Shown here in pieces: positions 23,507 to 32,679 of a DNA stretch of 64,000 nucleotides. The position numbers and the translations under genes are program-made. Under the pieces are notes generated by a model, which saw nothing but the letters and a program-made list of their open reading frames with translations, had not been told where the DNA came from and ran no database searches. The stretch's first letter is position 1; each line of letters opens with the position of its first letter. The stretch comes from Betaproteobacteria bacterium RIFCSPLOWO2_12_FULL_68_20 (GTDB lineage Bacteria; Pseudomonadota; Gammaproteobacteria; Burkholderiales; SG8-39): contig MERQ01000080.1 in NCBI GenBank assembly GCA_001770655.1, positions 15,272 through 79,271 of the forward strand, written 5' to 3'.

Positions 23507-23845
23507 CTACCGTCCGCCCTGGCGCCCCATCGTGCGTCTGCCGCGCGTGCGTTGCGGATGCCGTTGCGCGTCGCGCTGCGAGGGCCGGGATTGCGCCGGC
23601 CGGCCCGCTTGCAACGTCGGGCGCTGGACCGCGCGGCTGCCCAGCGCCTGAACCCGCTTGATGGCGAGATTCAAGGCGTCGAGGTTCGCCGGGACCTGCT
23701 CGGATTGCGCGGCATCCTGAAGCCGTTTGAGGGCATAGCTGCGCGAGGCCTCTAGCCCCGTATCGCGCTCCATCTCCTGCCGGTGCATCTCGATGCTGCC
23801 GATGAGGTCGATGACGTCGTCCGACGGGGCTTGTGCCAAGACCAT
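23507..23845 (-). CDS. hypothetical protein
   Basis: 112-aa ORF starting 1 nt after the csbD-like stop. The N-terminal ~70 aa have ordinary composition and the tail is Arg/Gln/Pro-rich. No family recognised. Confidence 0.3.
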   Translation of the reverse strand: MVLAQAPSDDVIDLIGSIEMHRQEMERDTGLEASRSYALKRLQDAAQSEQVPANLDALNLAIKRVQALGSRAVQRPTLQAGRPAQSRPSQRDAQRHPQRTRGRRTMGRQGGR

Positions 23846-24067
23846 TCACCTCGGCTCGAGCTGCTCGTTCGAAAGGCGCGCCTGCCAGTCGGCCAGCTGC
23901 CTCTCGGCATCGTCCCCGCTGATGCCGTACGCATCCCGGATCCTGCCCGCGAGCAGCATTCGCCTGCCGGCGACCGCGCTGAGCTGCTCTTCGGTGAGCT
24001 TGGTCCAGCGCAGCTTGGCGTTGACCTTGAATCGCCTCCAGTCGCCCTCGATCCGATCCCAGTTCAT
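23846..24067 (-). CDS. CsbD family stress protein
   Basis: 73 aa. MNWDRIEGDWRRFKVNAKLRWTKLT...RIRDAYGIS is the CsbD pattern. Confidence 0.8.
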   Translation of the reverse strand: MNWDRIEGDWRRFKVNAKLRWTKLTEEQLSAVAGRRMLLAGRIRDAYGISGDDAERQLADWQARLSNEQLEPR

Positions 24068-24091
24068 CCTACTCCTTGAGTCGCTTGACCA

Positions 24092-24703
24092 TCAATTCCG
24101 GTCGAATGCCGGCCATATTCCTGAATGGGTGGACGCCCTGGTACCCGCGACCTCGATGGCGACGCGCCGATCGGGTTGCAGGCAGGCGATGACTTGCGCG
24201 CTCCTGCCGCCGATGCATTCGCCTGGCTTGGTGACGGGCTGCGCGACGCCTCGGCCTTCGGCGCGCACGCGCTCGGGCTCGATGCCCTTGCCGACCAGAT
24301 ACGCTTTGACCGCTTCGGCGCGGTCTTCGGAGAGGATCTGGTTGTAGGCTTCGGATCCCAGGCGATCGGCGTGGCCGACGGCGCGGATCATCCCAAGGGT
24401 CGCGCCCTTGAGCCTGCCTACGAAGTCATCCAGCGCGGCGCGGCCCTCGGGGCGCAGCTCATGGGTGTCGAAAGCGAACAGCGCGCTGGCATCCAAGGTC
24501 ACTTTTTCGATCGCGGTTTCGGGCGCGCGCCGCGGCGACGCCGCTGTGGGCGTAGCGAGCGGCGTTAACGTCGGCGGGAACTGTCGCTTTGACAGCGTTT
24601 CGTCCAGCAGGGTCTGTGCGAGAGGCGACCCGGACACCAAGCCGATCGCCAAGGCGCAGGCGGCGGCACGTCCGATCCGCTTTGCGGTGCAAATCGTCGT
24701 CAC
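24092..24703 (-). CDS. OmpA-family peptidoglycan-binding protein
   Basis: 203 aa with a signal peptide and an OmpA_C motif (FAFDTHELRPEG...GHADRLGSEAYNQILSEDRA). Confidence 0.85.
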   Translation of the reverse strand: MTTICTAKRIGRAAACALAIGLVSGSPLAQTLLDETLSKRQFPPTLTPLATPTAASPRRAPETAIEKVTLDASALFAFDTHELRPEGRAALDDFVGRLKGATLGMIRAVGHADRLGSEAYNQILSEDRAEAVKAYLVGKGIEPERVRAEGRGVAQPVTKPGECIGGRSAQVIACLQPDRRVAIEVAGTRASTHSGIWPAFDRN

Positions 24704-24849
24704 GCATCCCTCCCCGAACGGTGGTTACGCCTGGCCGCTGTTGCGCCATCTTCGACTGCCAGCACGGGCGAGGATACTGACCAGCCACTACCAGAAGACG
24801 TGCTACGATACTGACCGGTAACTCACAAGTCAAGCGGAACAACATTGGA

Positions 24850-25446
24850 ATGGCCAGAAAACGCAACAGCGACCGACCGAGCGCCCGCGAGCGCATCTTC
24901 GACACCGCTTCCGAGCTGTTTTATCGGAAGGGAATTCGCGCGGTGGGCGTCGAGACCATCGCCGCCCGGGCCGACACCACCAAGATGAGCCTGTACCGGA
25001 GCTTTCCTTCCAAGGATGAGCTGGTGGCCGAGTGGCTGCGCGACCACGACGTGAAATTCTGGCTGACGTGGGATTCGATGGCGCGGAAATTTCCCGGCGA
25101 GCCCCGCAAGCAGCTCCAGGCGTCGTTCGCATTGCTTGCCAAGCATGTATCCGATCCGCGTGCTCGAGGCTGCCCGATGGCGAATGCGGCGGTGGAGATC
25201 ACGGAGCGGGATCACCCGGCCAGGAGGGTGATCGAGTCCCACAAGGCGAAGCTGCGCGCGCGTCTTGCCGGGCTGTGCGAACTAGCTGGCGCCCGCGAGC
25301 CGGCGCTGCTGGCCGACGAGCTTTTCCTCCTCATGGAGGGCGCGCAGGTCAGCACCATCCTGGGGGTCCGCATGCCGGCGCGGAACGTCTCTCACGCCGC
25401 CGGAGCGCTGATCGATGCTCAGCTTCAAGGCAGGCGCCGCGCTTAG
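24850..25446 (+). CDS. TetR/AcrR family transcriptional regulator
   Basis: 198 aa with an N-terminal TetR HTH (RERIFDTASELFYRKGIRAVGVETIAARADTTKMSLYRSF). Confidence 0.85.
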   Translation: MARKRNSDRPSARERIFDTASELFYRKGIRAVGVETIAARADTTKMSLYRSFPSKDELVAEWLRDHDVKFWLTWDSMARKFPGEPRKQLQASFALLAKHVSDPRARGCPMANAAVEITERDHPARRVIESHKAKLRARLAGLCELAGAREPALLADELFLLMEGAQVSTILGVRMPARNVSHAAGALIDAQLQGRRRA

Positions 25447-25562
25447 CCGGACAACGCGTCGGACTCCTCCATCGCGCAGAACGCTCCCGATCCATCTTGG
25501 GGCTTCTTCAGTTTGAGGTGGCCACCGAGGGGGCGAGCGATGCGCACACCGGGGAAACGCGG

Positions 25563-26288
25563 ATGACGCAGAACAAGACAGTCACCGTATGTATCACGTC
25601 CTACGAAAGATTCGACTTGCTCAAACAAACCATCGATAGTTTCATGTCACTCAATACCTATGCGATTGAGAGATTCATTGTCGCGGAAGATTCCGCGAGA
25701 CCGGAAATGAGAGACCGGATTTCCGAAGAGTATGGCGACACCATTGACCTGATATACAACGAAGTCAATCTCGGGCAGCCGCGCTCAATAGACAAAGCTT
25801 ACAAAACGATAACCACCGACTACATTTTTCATACCGAGGACGACTATCTGTATTCTGGCAATGCCGACTTCATTCAGGATTCCATTTGCATTCTGGAAGA
25901 AAGAAGCGATGTACATCAAGTCTGGTTGCGGCATTTGGAAGACTATCTGGTCAGTCATGGTCCGGCGGCGCTATATGGTGAAGAGGGGACAAGGTTCTTT
26001 GAGGATGAGGTGCTCTTCACGTCGACACAAGTACCGTACAGAATGCTGAGGTTGCCGCACTGGGGTTCCTGGTGTGGATTCAGCTGGAACCCCGGCCTGC
26101 GCAGAACCAGCGACTACCACAAGTTCTTTCCCGACGGCTATGCAGTTCATGTGCAACCAGGCGACGTTGGATACCAGGCGGAATTCCGCTGCAACGTTCA
26201 TGCAATGGTGAATGGGTATCGAGCCGCATTTCTGGTCAATGGCGCCTGCAACAATATGGGCAATGAAGCTTCAACTTTCACCTATTGA
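25563..26288 (+). CDS. glycosyltransferase-like protein (GT-A fold, family 2-like)
   Basis: Last 241 aa of ORF 25032-26288. VTVCITSYERFDLLKQTIDSF...IVAEDS...HTEDDY resembles a GT2 N-terminus with a DXD-like motif. Lies in the low-GC island. Confidence 0.6.
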   Translation: MTQNKTVTVCITSYERFDLLKQTIDSFMSLNTYAIERFIVAEDSARPEMRDRISEEYGDTIDLIYNEVNLGQPRSIDKAYKTITTDYIFHTEDDYLYSGNADFIQDSICILEERSDVHQVWLRHLEDYLVSHGPAALYGEEGTRFFEDEVLFTSTQVPYRMLRLPHWGSWCGFSWNPGLRRTSDYHKFFPDGYAVHVQPGDVGYQAEFRCNVHAMVNGYRAAFLVNGACNNMGNEASTFTY

Positions 26289-26369
26289 TCGATTGATCGT
26301 GTGCTGCAGAACCGGCCAAGTCCAAAGATCCGCAACAGAACCAACTAACAGTGTCTTACGAGCGTAAGA

Positions 26370-27266
26370 ATGGAGGTGCAATTGTCCATACTCAAATCCT
26401 TCTTGCTCGATTTGATCTCTGGCAGAAAACCCGCTTCTGACATGTCCCAAGCACATCAGACTTTGGCGGCGGTAGACCAACGATTCGACATCTATCACGA
26501 CCTCCACCATCACCAACTTGTCGATCAGGAGGACGCCAATCGCCGTTCCGCGCACATAGTATTGTCCGGATTGTTCGGCCTGTATCGGCCAAAGTCCATA
26601 CTCGATGTGGGCTGCGGGATCGGCACCTGGCTTGCCTGTGCGCGTGACCTCGGAGTCCAGGACGTTTTCGGCATCGACGGGGAGTGGCTGGATATCAAGC
26701 TCGCGAAGGTTCCTGCGAATTTTCTTGCAACCCTCGACCTTGAACAATCATTCGATCTGGGCAGAAGATTCGATCTGGTGATTTGCCTCGAAGTTGCCGA
26801 GCATTTGAGCCGCGATGCGGCGGTCCGGTTTATTGAGTCGTTGACTTCTCATGCCGACGTCATTCTATTTTCCGCGGCGATACCATTCCAGGGCGGGCAT
26901 CATCATGTGAACGAACAGTTTCCAGGCTACTGGAAGAAAATTTTTCAGGCGCGCGGATTTCAACCGGTTGACTGTATTCGCCGCACGATCTGGGACGACG
27001 CTGACGTAATGTGGTGGCTCCGGCAAAACATCATGATTTTCGCTAAACCCGAGTTTGCGACCGGGGGCGGTCCGTTCGCTGGACGCGTCGACTTCGGGCC
27101 ACTGTCTATCGTTCACCCGGACGTGTATATGGCAAGGGTTGGCTTTGCTCAGAAATTGTTAGAGGAACACAATAAGCTCCTCGAGGTGCTGGGATCGGGA
27201 AAACCTGTAACGGTGGAACGCGGAGCAAATGGTGAGCTTCGGGTCTATTGCAAGGATCAGCAATGA
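26370..27266 (+). CDS. class I SAM-dependent methyltransferase
   Basis: 298 aa with motif I ILDVGCGIGTW and post-motif DLVICLEVAEHL. Low-GC. The start may be internal. Confidence 0.75.
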   Translation: MEVQLSILKSFLLDLISGRKPASDMSQAHQTLAAVDQRFDIYHDLHHHQLVDQEDANRRSAHIVLSGLFGLYRPKSILDVGCGIGTWLACARDLGVQDVFGIDGEWLDIKLAKVPANFLATLDLEQSFDLGRRFDLVICLEVAEHLSRDAAVRFIESLTSHADVILFSAAIPFQGGHHHVNEQFPGYWKKIFQARGFQPVDCIRRTIWDDADVMWWLRQNIMIFAKPEFATGGGPFAGRVDFGPLSIVHPDVYMARVGFAQKLLEEHNKLLEVLGSGKPVTVERGANGELRVYCKDQQ

Positions 27267-27327
27267 CTGCGACACGGCATAAGCGCGGATCTGCAGTAAA
27301 GCTACCAGGCGGGCGCCGCGCATAGCT

Positions 27328-27356
27328 TTCCAATTCCCTGATTTCTCCCGTATAAT
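27328..27356 (+). promoter_or_regulatory. putative sigma70 promoter of the rpsP operon (TTCCAA-17 nt-TATAAT)
   Basis: Perfect -10 TATAAT at 27351-27356, 34 nt upstream of the rpsP ATG. Sequence match only. Confidence 0.45.
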
Positions 27357-27389
27357 CCGCGCCTTTTCGCGGTCTGGCGGGGTTCCGAA

Positions 27390-27641
27390 ATGGTGGTGAT
27401 TCGACTGGCGCGCGGCGGCGCGAACAAGCGGCCCTTCTTCAGCCTGGTCGTGGCGGACTCGCGCCGCGCGGCGAAGGGCAAGTTCATCGAGCGCGTCGGC
27501 TTCTACGACCCGAAGGCGCCCGAGGGGCGCGAGTCGCTGCGCGTGAACATGGAACGCCTGAAGCACTGGAAGGCGAAGGGCGCGCAGCTCTCGCCGACCG
27601 CGGCGCGGCTCGTGAAGCAGTTTGCCAAGAAGGCCGCCTGA
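27390..27641 (+). CDS. rpsP: 30S ribosomal protein S16
   Basis: 83 aa. [25 protein letters not shown]. Confidence 0.95.
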   Translation: MVVIRLARGGANKRPFFSLVVADSRRAAKGKFIERVGFYDPKAPEGRESLRVNMERLKHWKAKGAQLSPTAARLVKQFAKKAA

Positions 27642-28122
27642 TCGCCTGGTCGAGGTGGGCCGCGTCGCCGGGTCGTACGGCCTGCGCGGCTGGGTGAAGG
27701 TGGATCCCGAGGGCGCCGAGCGCGACGCGCTCACCGGGGCCAGGGAATGGACCATCGGCGCCAGGGCGTACGGCGTCGAGGAAGCGAAGCTTCACGGCGC
27801 CACGGTGCTGGCGAAGCTCGCCGGGATCGAGTCCCGCGAGCAGGCGCTGAAGCTGAAGGGAAAGAACGTGGCGGTGCCGCGCGCGGCGCTGCCGGAGCCG
27901 GAAGACGGGCATTACTACCTCGGGGACCTGGTGGGCCTCGAGGTGGTGAACGGCCAAGGCGTGAAGCTCGGGATGGTGAAGCGGCTGTTCTGGAGCGGCG
28001 CGCACGACGTGATGGAGGTGGCGGGCGAGCGAAGCCGCCTCATCCCGTGGGTGCCGGCGGTGGTCCTGAACGTCGATCTGGCGAAGCGCCGGATCGAGGT
28101 GGAGTGGGGAGCCGACTGGTGA
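27622..28122 (+). CDS. rimM: ribosome maturation factor RimM
   Basis: 166 aa. [16 protein letters not shown] plus a PRC barrel. TTG start overlaps the rpsP 3' end, so the start is uncertain. Confidence 0.9.
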   Translation: MPRRPPDRLVEVGRVAGSYGLRGWVKVDPEGAERDALTGAREWTIGARAYGVEEAKLHGATVLAKLAGIESREQALKLKGKNVAVPRAALPEPEDGHYYLGDLVGLEVVNGQGVKLGMVKRLFWSGAHDVMEVAGERSRLIPWVPAVVLNVDLAKRRIEVEWGADW

Positions 28123-28856
28123 TCCGCTTTCACGTCGTGACGCTGTTCCCCGAGATGTTCGCCGCGGTGACCGAAAGCGGAATCACCAGCCGCGCGCTGC
28201 TCGCGGGGCTGTGGCGCCTCGCGCTGTGGAATCCGCGCGAGTTCACGGCGGACAACTATCGGACGGTGGACGACCGTCCGTACGGCGGCGGACCGGGCAT
28301 GGTGATGCTCGCCGAGCCCTTGGAAAAGGCGCTGGACGCGGCGAAGAATGAAGGCGGAGGACGAGTGATCTACCTCTCGCCGCAGGGTAAACGGCTCGAT
28401 CACCGCAAGGTGCTCGAGCTGGCGAAGGAAAGCGCGCTCACGCTGCTGTGCGGCCGCTACGAGGGCGTGGACGAGCGGCTGCTGCGGCGACGCGTGGACG
28501 AGGAGCTCTCGCTCGGGGATTTCGTGCTCTCGGGCGGGGAGCTCGCGGCGATGGCGCTGATCGACGCCGTGGTGCGGCAGCTCCCCGGCGCGCTCGGCGA
28601 CGAGCTGTCTGCGCTCGAGGAGTCGTTCGCCGACGGGCTGCTCGATTGCCCGCAGTACACTCGGCCCGAGACGTACCGGGGCGAGAAGGTGCCCGAGGTG
28701 CTGCTCTCGGGGCACCACGCGAACATCCGGCGCTGGCGGCTCAAGCAGGCGCTGGGGCGGACCTGGCTGAAGCGGCCCGATCTGCTCGCGGCGAGGAAGC
28801 TGAGCGACGAAGAAAGGAAGCTGCTGGAGGAATTCCAGCGAGACACGAGGAGCTGA
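28119..28856 (+). CDS. trmD: tRNA (guanine37-N1)-methyltransferase TrmD
   Basis: Last 245 aa of ORF 27747-28856 ([22 protein letters not shown]). GTGA overlap with the rimM stop. Confidence 0.95.
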   Translation: MIRFHVVTLFPEMFAAVTESGITSRALLAGLWRLALWNPREFTADNYRTVDDRPYGGGPGMVMLAEPLEKALDAAKNEGGGRVIYLSPQGKRLDHRKVLELAKESALTLLCGRYEGVDERLLRRRVDEELSLGDFVLSGGELAAMALIDAVVRQLPGALGDELSALEESFADGLLDCPQYTRPETYRGEKVPEVLLSGHHANIRRWRLKQALGRTWLKRPDLLAARKLSDEERKLLEEFQRDTRS

Positions 28857-28858
28857 AC

Positions 28859-29245
28859 ATGGACCTGATCCGGCAAATCGAGCAGGAAGAGATCAAGAGG
28901 CTCGGCAAGACCATCCCCGATTTCTCTCCGGGCGACACGGTGGTGGTGAACGTGAACGTGGTCGAGGGCGAGAGAAAGCGCGTGCAGGCGTTCGAGGGCA
29001 TGGTGGTCGGCAAGAAGAACCGCGGCCTCAACTCCTCCTTCATCGTGCGCAAGATTTCCTCGGGCGAGGGCGTCGAGCGCACCTTCCAGACCTACTCCCC
29101 GCTCGTCGCCTCGATCGAGGTGAAGAGAAAAGGCGACGTGCGCCGCGCCAAGCTCTATTACCTGCGCGCGCGCTCGGGCAAGTCGGCGCGCATCCGCGAG
29201 AAGACCGGCGGGGGCGAGGCCGAGGTGCCGGGAGAAGGCGAATAG
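28859..29245 (+). CDS. rplS: 50S ribosomal protein L19
   Basis: Last 128 aa of ORF 28448-29245 ([26 protein letters not shown]). Confidence 0.95.
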   Translation: MDLIRQIEQEEIKRLGKTIPDFSPGDTVVVNVNVVEGERKRVQAFEGMVVGKKNRGLNSSFIVRKISSGEGVERTFQTYSPLVASIEVKRKGDVRRAKLYYLRARSGKSARIREKTGGGEAEVPGEGE

Positions 29246-29265
29246 GCGATCGCGAATCCGGCCGC

Positions 29266-29295
29266 AAACGGGGCGCAGGACGCCCCGTTTTTGTC
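29266..29295 (+). terminator. rho-independent terminator after rplS
   Basis: Stem AAACGGGGCG / CGCCCCGTTT with loop CAGGA, followed by TTTTTG. Confidence 0.7.
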
Positions 29296-29308
29296 TCATA
29301 ATCCCGCC

Positions 29309-30421
29309 ATGCGCAGAGAGAACGCCGCCATCTCGCCGATCACGGAGATCATTTCCGCGATCCGCGCCGGCGACATCGTGATCCTGGTGGACGACGAGGA
29401 CCGCGAGAACGAAGGCGACCTGGTGTTCGCTGCGGACTTCGTCACGCCGGAGAAGGTGAATTTCCTGGCGCGCCACGGACGCGGCCTGGTCTGCATGCCG
29501 ATCGTCGAGGAGCACGCGCAGCGCCTGGGCCTGCGGCCGATGGTGGAGCAGAACCGCTCGCGCCACGGCACCAACTTCACGGTGTCGATCGAGGCCGCCG
29601 AAGGCATCGCGACCGGCATCTCGGCGCACGACCGCGCGCTCACCATCAAGGTCGCCGCCGCGCGCGACGCGAAGCCCGAGGAGATCGTGCAGCCGGGACA
29701 CGTGTTTCCGCTCATCGCGCAGCCCGGCGGCGTGCTGGTGCGCGCGGGGCACACCGAGGCCTGCTGCGATCTTGCGCGTCTCGCCGGGCTGACGCCCGCC
29801 GCGGTGCTGTGCGAGATCATGCGCGACGACGGCACCATGGCGCGGCTCGACGACCTGGTGAACCTCGCCGCCGCGCACGGCCTGAAAATCGGCACCATCG
29901 CCGGCCTGATCGAGCACCGCAGCCGCACCGAGTCGCTGGTGCGAAGGGCCTCGGAGCGCGAAATCGACACCGCGTGGGGGCGCTTCCGGCTGGTCGCCTA
30001 CCGCGACCTGCCGACGCATTCGTTTCATCTCGCGCTCGTGCAAGGCAAGCCCGCGCCCGACCGGGAGACGCTGGTGCGCGTGCACGAGCCGCTCTCGGTG
30101 CTGGACGTGCTCGACTCGGCCCGCGGCACGCACTCCTGGGGCGTGGGCGAGGCGCTCACCGCGATCGCAGGATCGGAGGCCGGTGTGATGGTGCTCCTGC
30201 ACTGCACGCAGTCCGAGGAGGCGCTGGAGGCGCGCCTCGCGGAGACGCGGCCGCAGCGCGCCGCGCGCGGAATGGATCTGCGCACCTACGGCATCGGCGC
30301 GCAGATCCTGCGCGATCTCGGCGTCGGCCGCATGCGGCTGATGGCTGCGCCGCGCAAGATGCCGAGCATGGCGGGCTTCGGGCTCGAGATCTCCGCCTAC
30401 GCCGAGCTGCCCGGGCGCTGA
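29309..30421 (+). CDS. ribB: 3,4-dihydroxy-2-butanone-4-phosphate synthase fused to a degenerate GTP cyclohydrolase II-like domain (RibBX type)
   Basis: ORF 29291-30421. The TTG at 29291 lies inside the terminator, so ATG 29309 is preferred. RibB motifs DDEDRENEGDLV. The C-terminal domain lacks the three zinc Cys of RibA. Confidence 0.9.
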   Translation: MRRENAAISPITEIISAIRAGDIVILVDDEDRENEGDLVFAADFVTPEKVNFLARHGRGLVCMPIVEEHAQRLGLRPMVEQNRSRHGTNFTVSIEAAEGIATGISAHDRALTIKVAAARDAKPEEIVQPGHVFPLIAQPGGVLVRAGHTEACCDLARLAGLTPAAVLCEIMRDDGTMARLDDLVNLAAAHGLKIGTIAGLIEHRSRTESLVRRASEREIDTAWGRFRLVAYRDLPTHSFHLALVQGKPAPDRETLVRVHEPLSVLDVLDSARGTHSWGVGEALTAIAGSEAGVMVLLHCTQSEEALEARLAETRPQRAARGMDLRTYGIGAQILRDLGVGRMRLMAAPRKMPSMAGFGLEISAYAELPGR

Positions 30422-30433
30422 GCGGGGTGCGCC

Positions 30434-30850
30434 GTGCGCCTCGGCATCGTCGCGAGCCGCTTCAACGAGGACATAGCCGCGAAGCTGCTCGAGCGCGCGA
30501 AGGCCGAGGCGGCCAAGCTCGGCGCGCTCGAGGTCACGGTGGAAAGCGTGCCTGGCGCGCTCGAGATCCCGCTCGCGCTGCAATGGCTCGCGCAGTCCGG
30601 GCGCTTCGACGCCCTGGTCGCGATCGGCGCGGTGATCCGCGGCGAGACGCTTCATTTCGAGTTGGTAGCGAACGAGTCGGCGCGAGGCGTCATGGACGTG
30701 GCGCTCGACTTCGGCATTCCCGTCGCGAACGGCATCCTCACGACCGAGGACGAGAAGCAGGCGCTGGCGCGGCTCGACAAGGGCGCCGAGGCGGTGCGCG
30801 TAGCGGTGGAGATGGCGCGGCTGAAGGCGAGGCTGCATGAAAACCGCTAG
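30434..30850 (+). CDS. ribH: 6,7-dimethyl-8-ribityllumazine synthase
   Basis: 138 aa. GIVASRFN...VPGALEIP...[13 protein letters not shown]. Confidence 0.9.
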   Translation: MRLGIVASRFNEDIAAKLLERAKAEAAKLGALEVTVESVPGALEIPLALQWLAQSGRFDALVAIGAVIRGETLHFELVANESARGVMDVALDFGIPVANGILTTEDEKQALARLDKGAEAVRVAVEMARLKARLHENR

Positions 30851-31265
30851 GCGCCGGGCGCGGGAAGAGGCGCTCCAGGCGCTATACGCCTGGCAGCTTT
30901 CGGGAAGCGATCCGAAGGAGCAGGCGCGCACGCTGGAAGATGTCACCAAGGGCGACGCGCCCTTCGCCGAGGCGATCCTGCGGGGCGTCACGAGCCGCGC
31001 GGCCGAGCTCGAGGCGCTCATCACTCCTCATCTGGAGCGTGAATTCAGCAGGCTCTCGCCGGTCGAGCGCGCGATCCTCTACATCGGAACCTTCGAGCTC
31101 CAGGCGCACCGCGAGACGCCGTTCAAGGTGGTGATCAACGAGGCCGTCGAGCTCGGCAAGAGCTACGGCGGTGCCGAGGGCCACCGCCTGGTGAACGGCG
31201 TGCTCGAGAAGGTGGCCGCCGCGCTGCGACCCGAGGAGGTCGCGCGCGAGAGAAAGATCGCCTGA
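30837..31265 (+). CDS. nusB: transcription antitermination factor NusB
   Basis: 142 aa. [20 protein letters not shown]. Conserved ribH-nusB order. Confidence 0.9.
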   Translation: MKTARRRAREEALQALYAWQLSGSDPKEQARTLEDVTKGDAPFAEAILRGVTSRAAELEALITPHLEREFSRLSPVERAILYIGTFELQAHRETPFKVVINEAVELGKSYGGAEGHRLVNGVLEKVAAALRPEEVARERKIA

Positions 31266-32194
31266 ACGAGTTCGAGATCATCCGCCGCTATTTCACCCGG
31301 GCACCGAGGCGCTCGCTCACCGGGGTGGGCGACGACTGCGCGCTGGTGCAGCCCGACGCCGGCATGGAGCTCGCGATCTCGACCGACATGCTGATCGAGA
31401 GCCGCCATTTCCTTCCCGGCGCCGAGCCGCGCTCGCTCGGTCACAAGGCGCTCGCGGTGAACCTCTCCGACATGGCCGCATGCGGCGCCACTCCGCGCTG
31501 GGCCACGCTCGCGATCGCCCTCAAGGAGGCGGACGAACGCTGGCTCGGGGCGTTCGCGGAGGGCCTGTTCGCCCTCGCCGACCGTTACCGGGTGGACCTG
31601 GTCGGCGGCGACACCACGCGCGGCCCGCTCGTCACCATCAACATGACGATCTTCGGCGAGGTGCCGGCGGGGCTCGCGCACCACCGCGCCGGCGCGCGGC
31701 CCGGCGACGACATCTGGGTCTCCGGCGAGCTGGGCGCGGCGGCGCTCGCCCTGAAACGTCCCGACATCGCCGCGGCGGCGAAGCGCCTGCACGAGCCCGA
31801 GCCGCGCGTCGAGCTCGGCGAGCGGCTGCGGGGCGTCGCGACGAGCGCGATCGACGTTTCCGACGGGCTTGCCGGGGATCTCGGCCACATCCTCGAGCGC
31901 TCGGAGGCGGGCGCGCTGGTCTACTACGAGAGGCTGCCGAAGCACGGCGCGTTCTCCGGATTGAACGATCCCGCGCTGGAGCGCGATTGCGTACTCTCGG
32001 GCGGCGACGATTACGAGCTGCTCTTCACCGCCCCGCAGAGCGCGCGCCCCGAAATCGAGGCACTGGCGCGCGAGCTCGCGCTGCCGCTCGCGCGGGTCGG
32101 CTCGATCCAGGCCGGCGAGGCGAAGCTCACCGTCCTCGACGCGTCGGGAAAGCCGGTGCCGACCCGCGGCGGCTTCGATCATTTCGTGCCGTGA
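31262..32194 (+). CDS. thiL: thiamine-monophosphate kinase ThiL (probable non-canonical CTG start)
   Basis: Track ORF starts at GTG 31325. The in-frame upstream codons encode the conserved ThiL N-terminus ([10 protein letters not shown]...GVGDDCA) with no ATG/GTG/TTG available. CTG at 31262 overlaps the nusB stop. Confidence 0.8.
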   Translation: MNEFEIIRRYFTRAPRRSLTGVGDDCALVQPDAGMELAISTDMLIESRHFLPGAEPRSLGHKALAVNLSDMAACGATPRWATLAIALKEADERWLGAFAEGLFALADRYRVDLVGGDTTRGPLVTINMTIFGEVPAGLAHHRAGARPGDDIWVSGELGAAALALKRPDIAAAAKRLHEPEPRVELGERLRGVATSAIDVSDGLAGDLGHILERSEAGALVYYERLPKHGAFSGLNDPALERDCVLSGGDDYELLFTAPQSARPEIEALARELALPLARVGSIQAGEAKLTVLDASGKPVPTRGGFDHFVP

Positions 32195-32679
32195 TCGTCT
32201 TTCGCCCCGGCGCCGCGTTCGCGTTCTCCCACCCGGCGCACTTCATCGCCTTCGGCTTCGGCGCGGGACTCGTCCCGCGGGCGCCGGGCACCGCCGGCGC
32301 CCTGCTCGCGATCCCGATCTGGTGGCTGATCGGCCCGGCCTATGCGCCGCTGGTGCTGCTCGCACTCATCGGGCTGCTGTTCGCGCTGGGCGTCTGGGCG
32401 TGCGAGGTGACCGGCCGCCACCTCGGCATCCCCGATCACGGCGCGATGGTGTGGGACGAGACCGTGGCGTTCCTGCTCGTGCTCGCGATCGTTCCGCGCG
32501 AATTTCCGTGGCAGGCGGCCGGTTTCCTGCTGTTCCGCTTGTTGGACGTGGTGAAACCCGCACCGATCCGGAGCATCGAACGGCGCTTCAAGGGCGGTTT
32601 CGGCGTGATGTTCGACGACCTGGTTGCCGCCGGCCTCGCGCTGGTCGTGCTGGCGACTGTCAAGAGGCTGTTTTTTTGA
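32191..32679 (+). CDS. pgpA: phosphatidylglycerophosphatase A
   Basis: Last 162 aa of ORF 31480-32679 (GFGAGL...PGTAG, VWDE, KPAPIR). GTGA overlap with the thiL stop. Confidence 0.9.
   Translation: MIVFRPGAAFAFSHPAHFIAFGFGAGLVPRAPGTAGALLAIPIWWLIGPAYAPLVLLALIGLLFALGVWACEVTGRHLGIPDHGAMVWDETVAFLLVLAIVPREFPWQAAGFLLFRLLDVVKPAPIRSIERRFKGGFGVMFDDLVAAGLALVVLATVKRLFF

Noticed and set aside
25552-27292. Direct repeats flanking the low-GC island (AACGCGGAT / AGCGCGGAT).
   Set aside because: Only 7 identical nt (CGCGGAT) are shared, which is easily chance in this composition. This is not evidence for an att site.
29246-29308. FMN (RFN) riboswitch upstream of ribB.
   Set aside because: Only about 60 nt are available, and they are occupied by the rplS terminator. 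That is too short for an RFN element, and no conserved RFN helices were seen.
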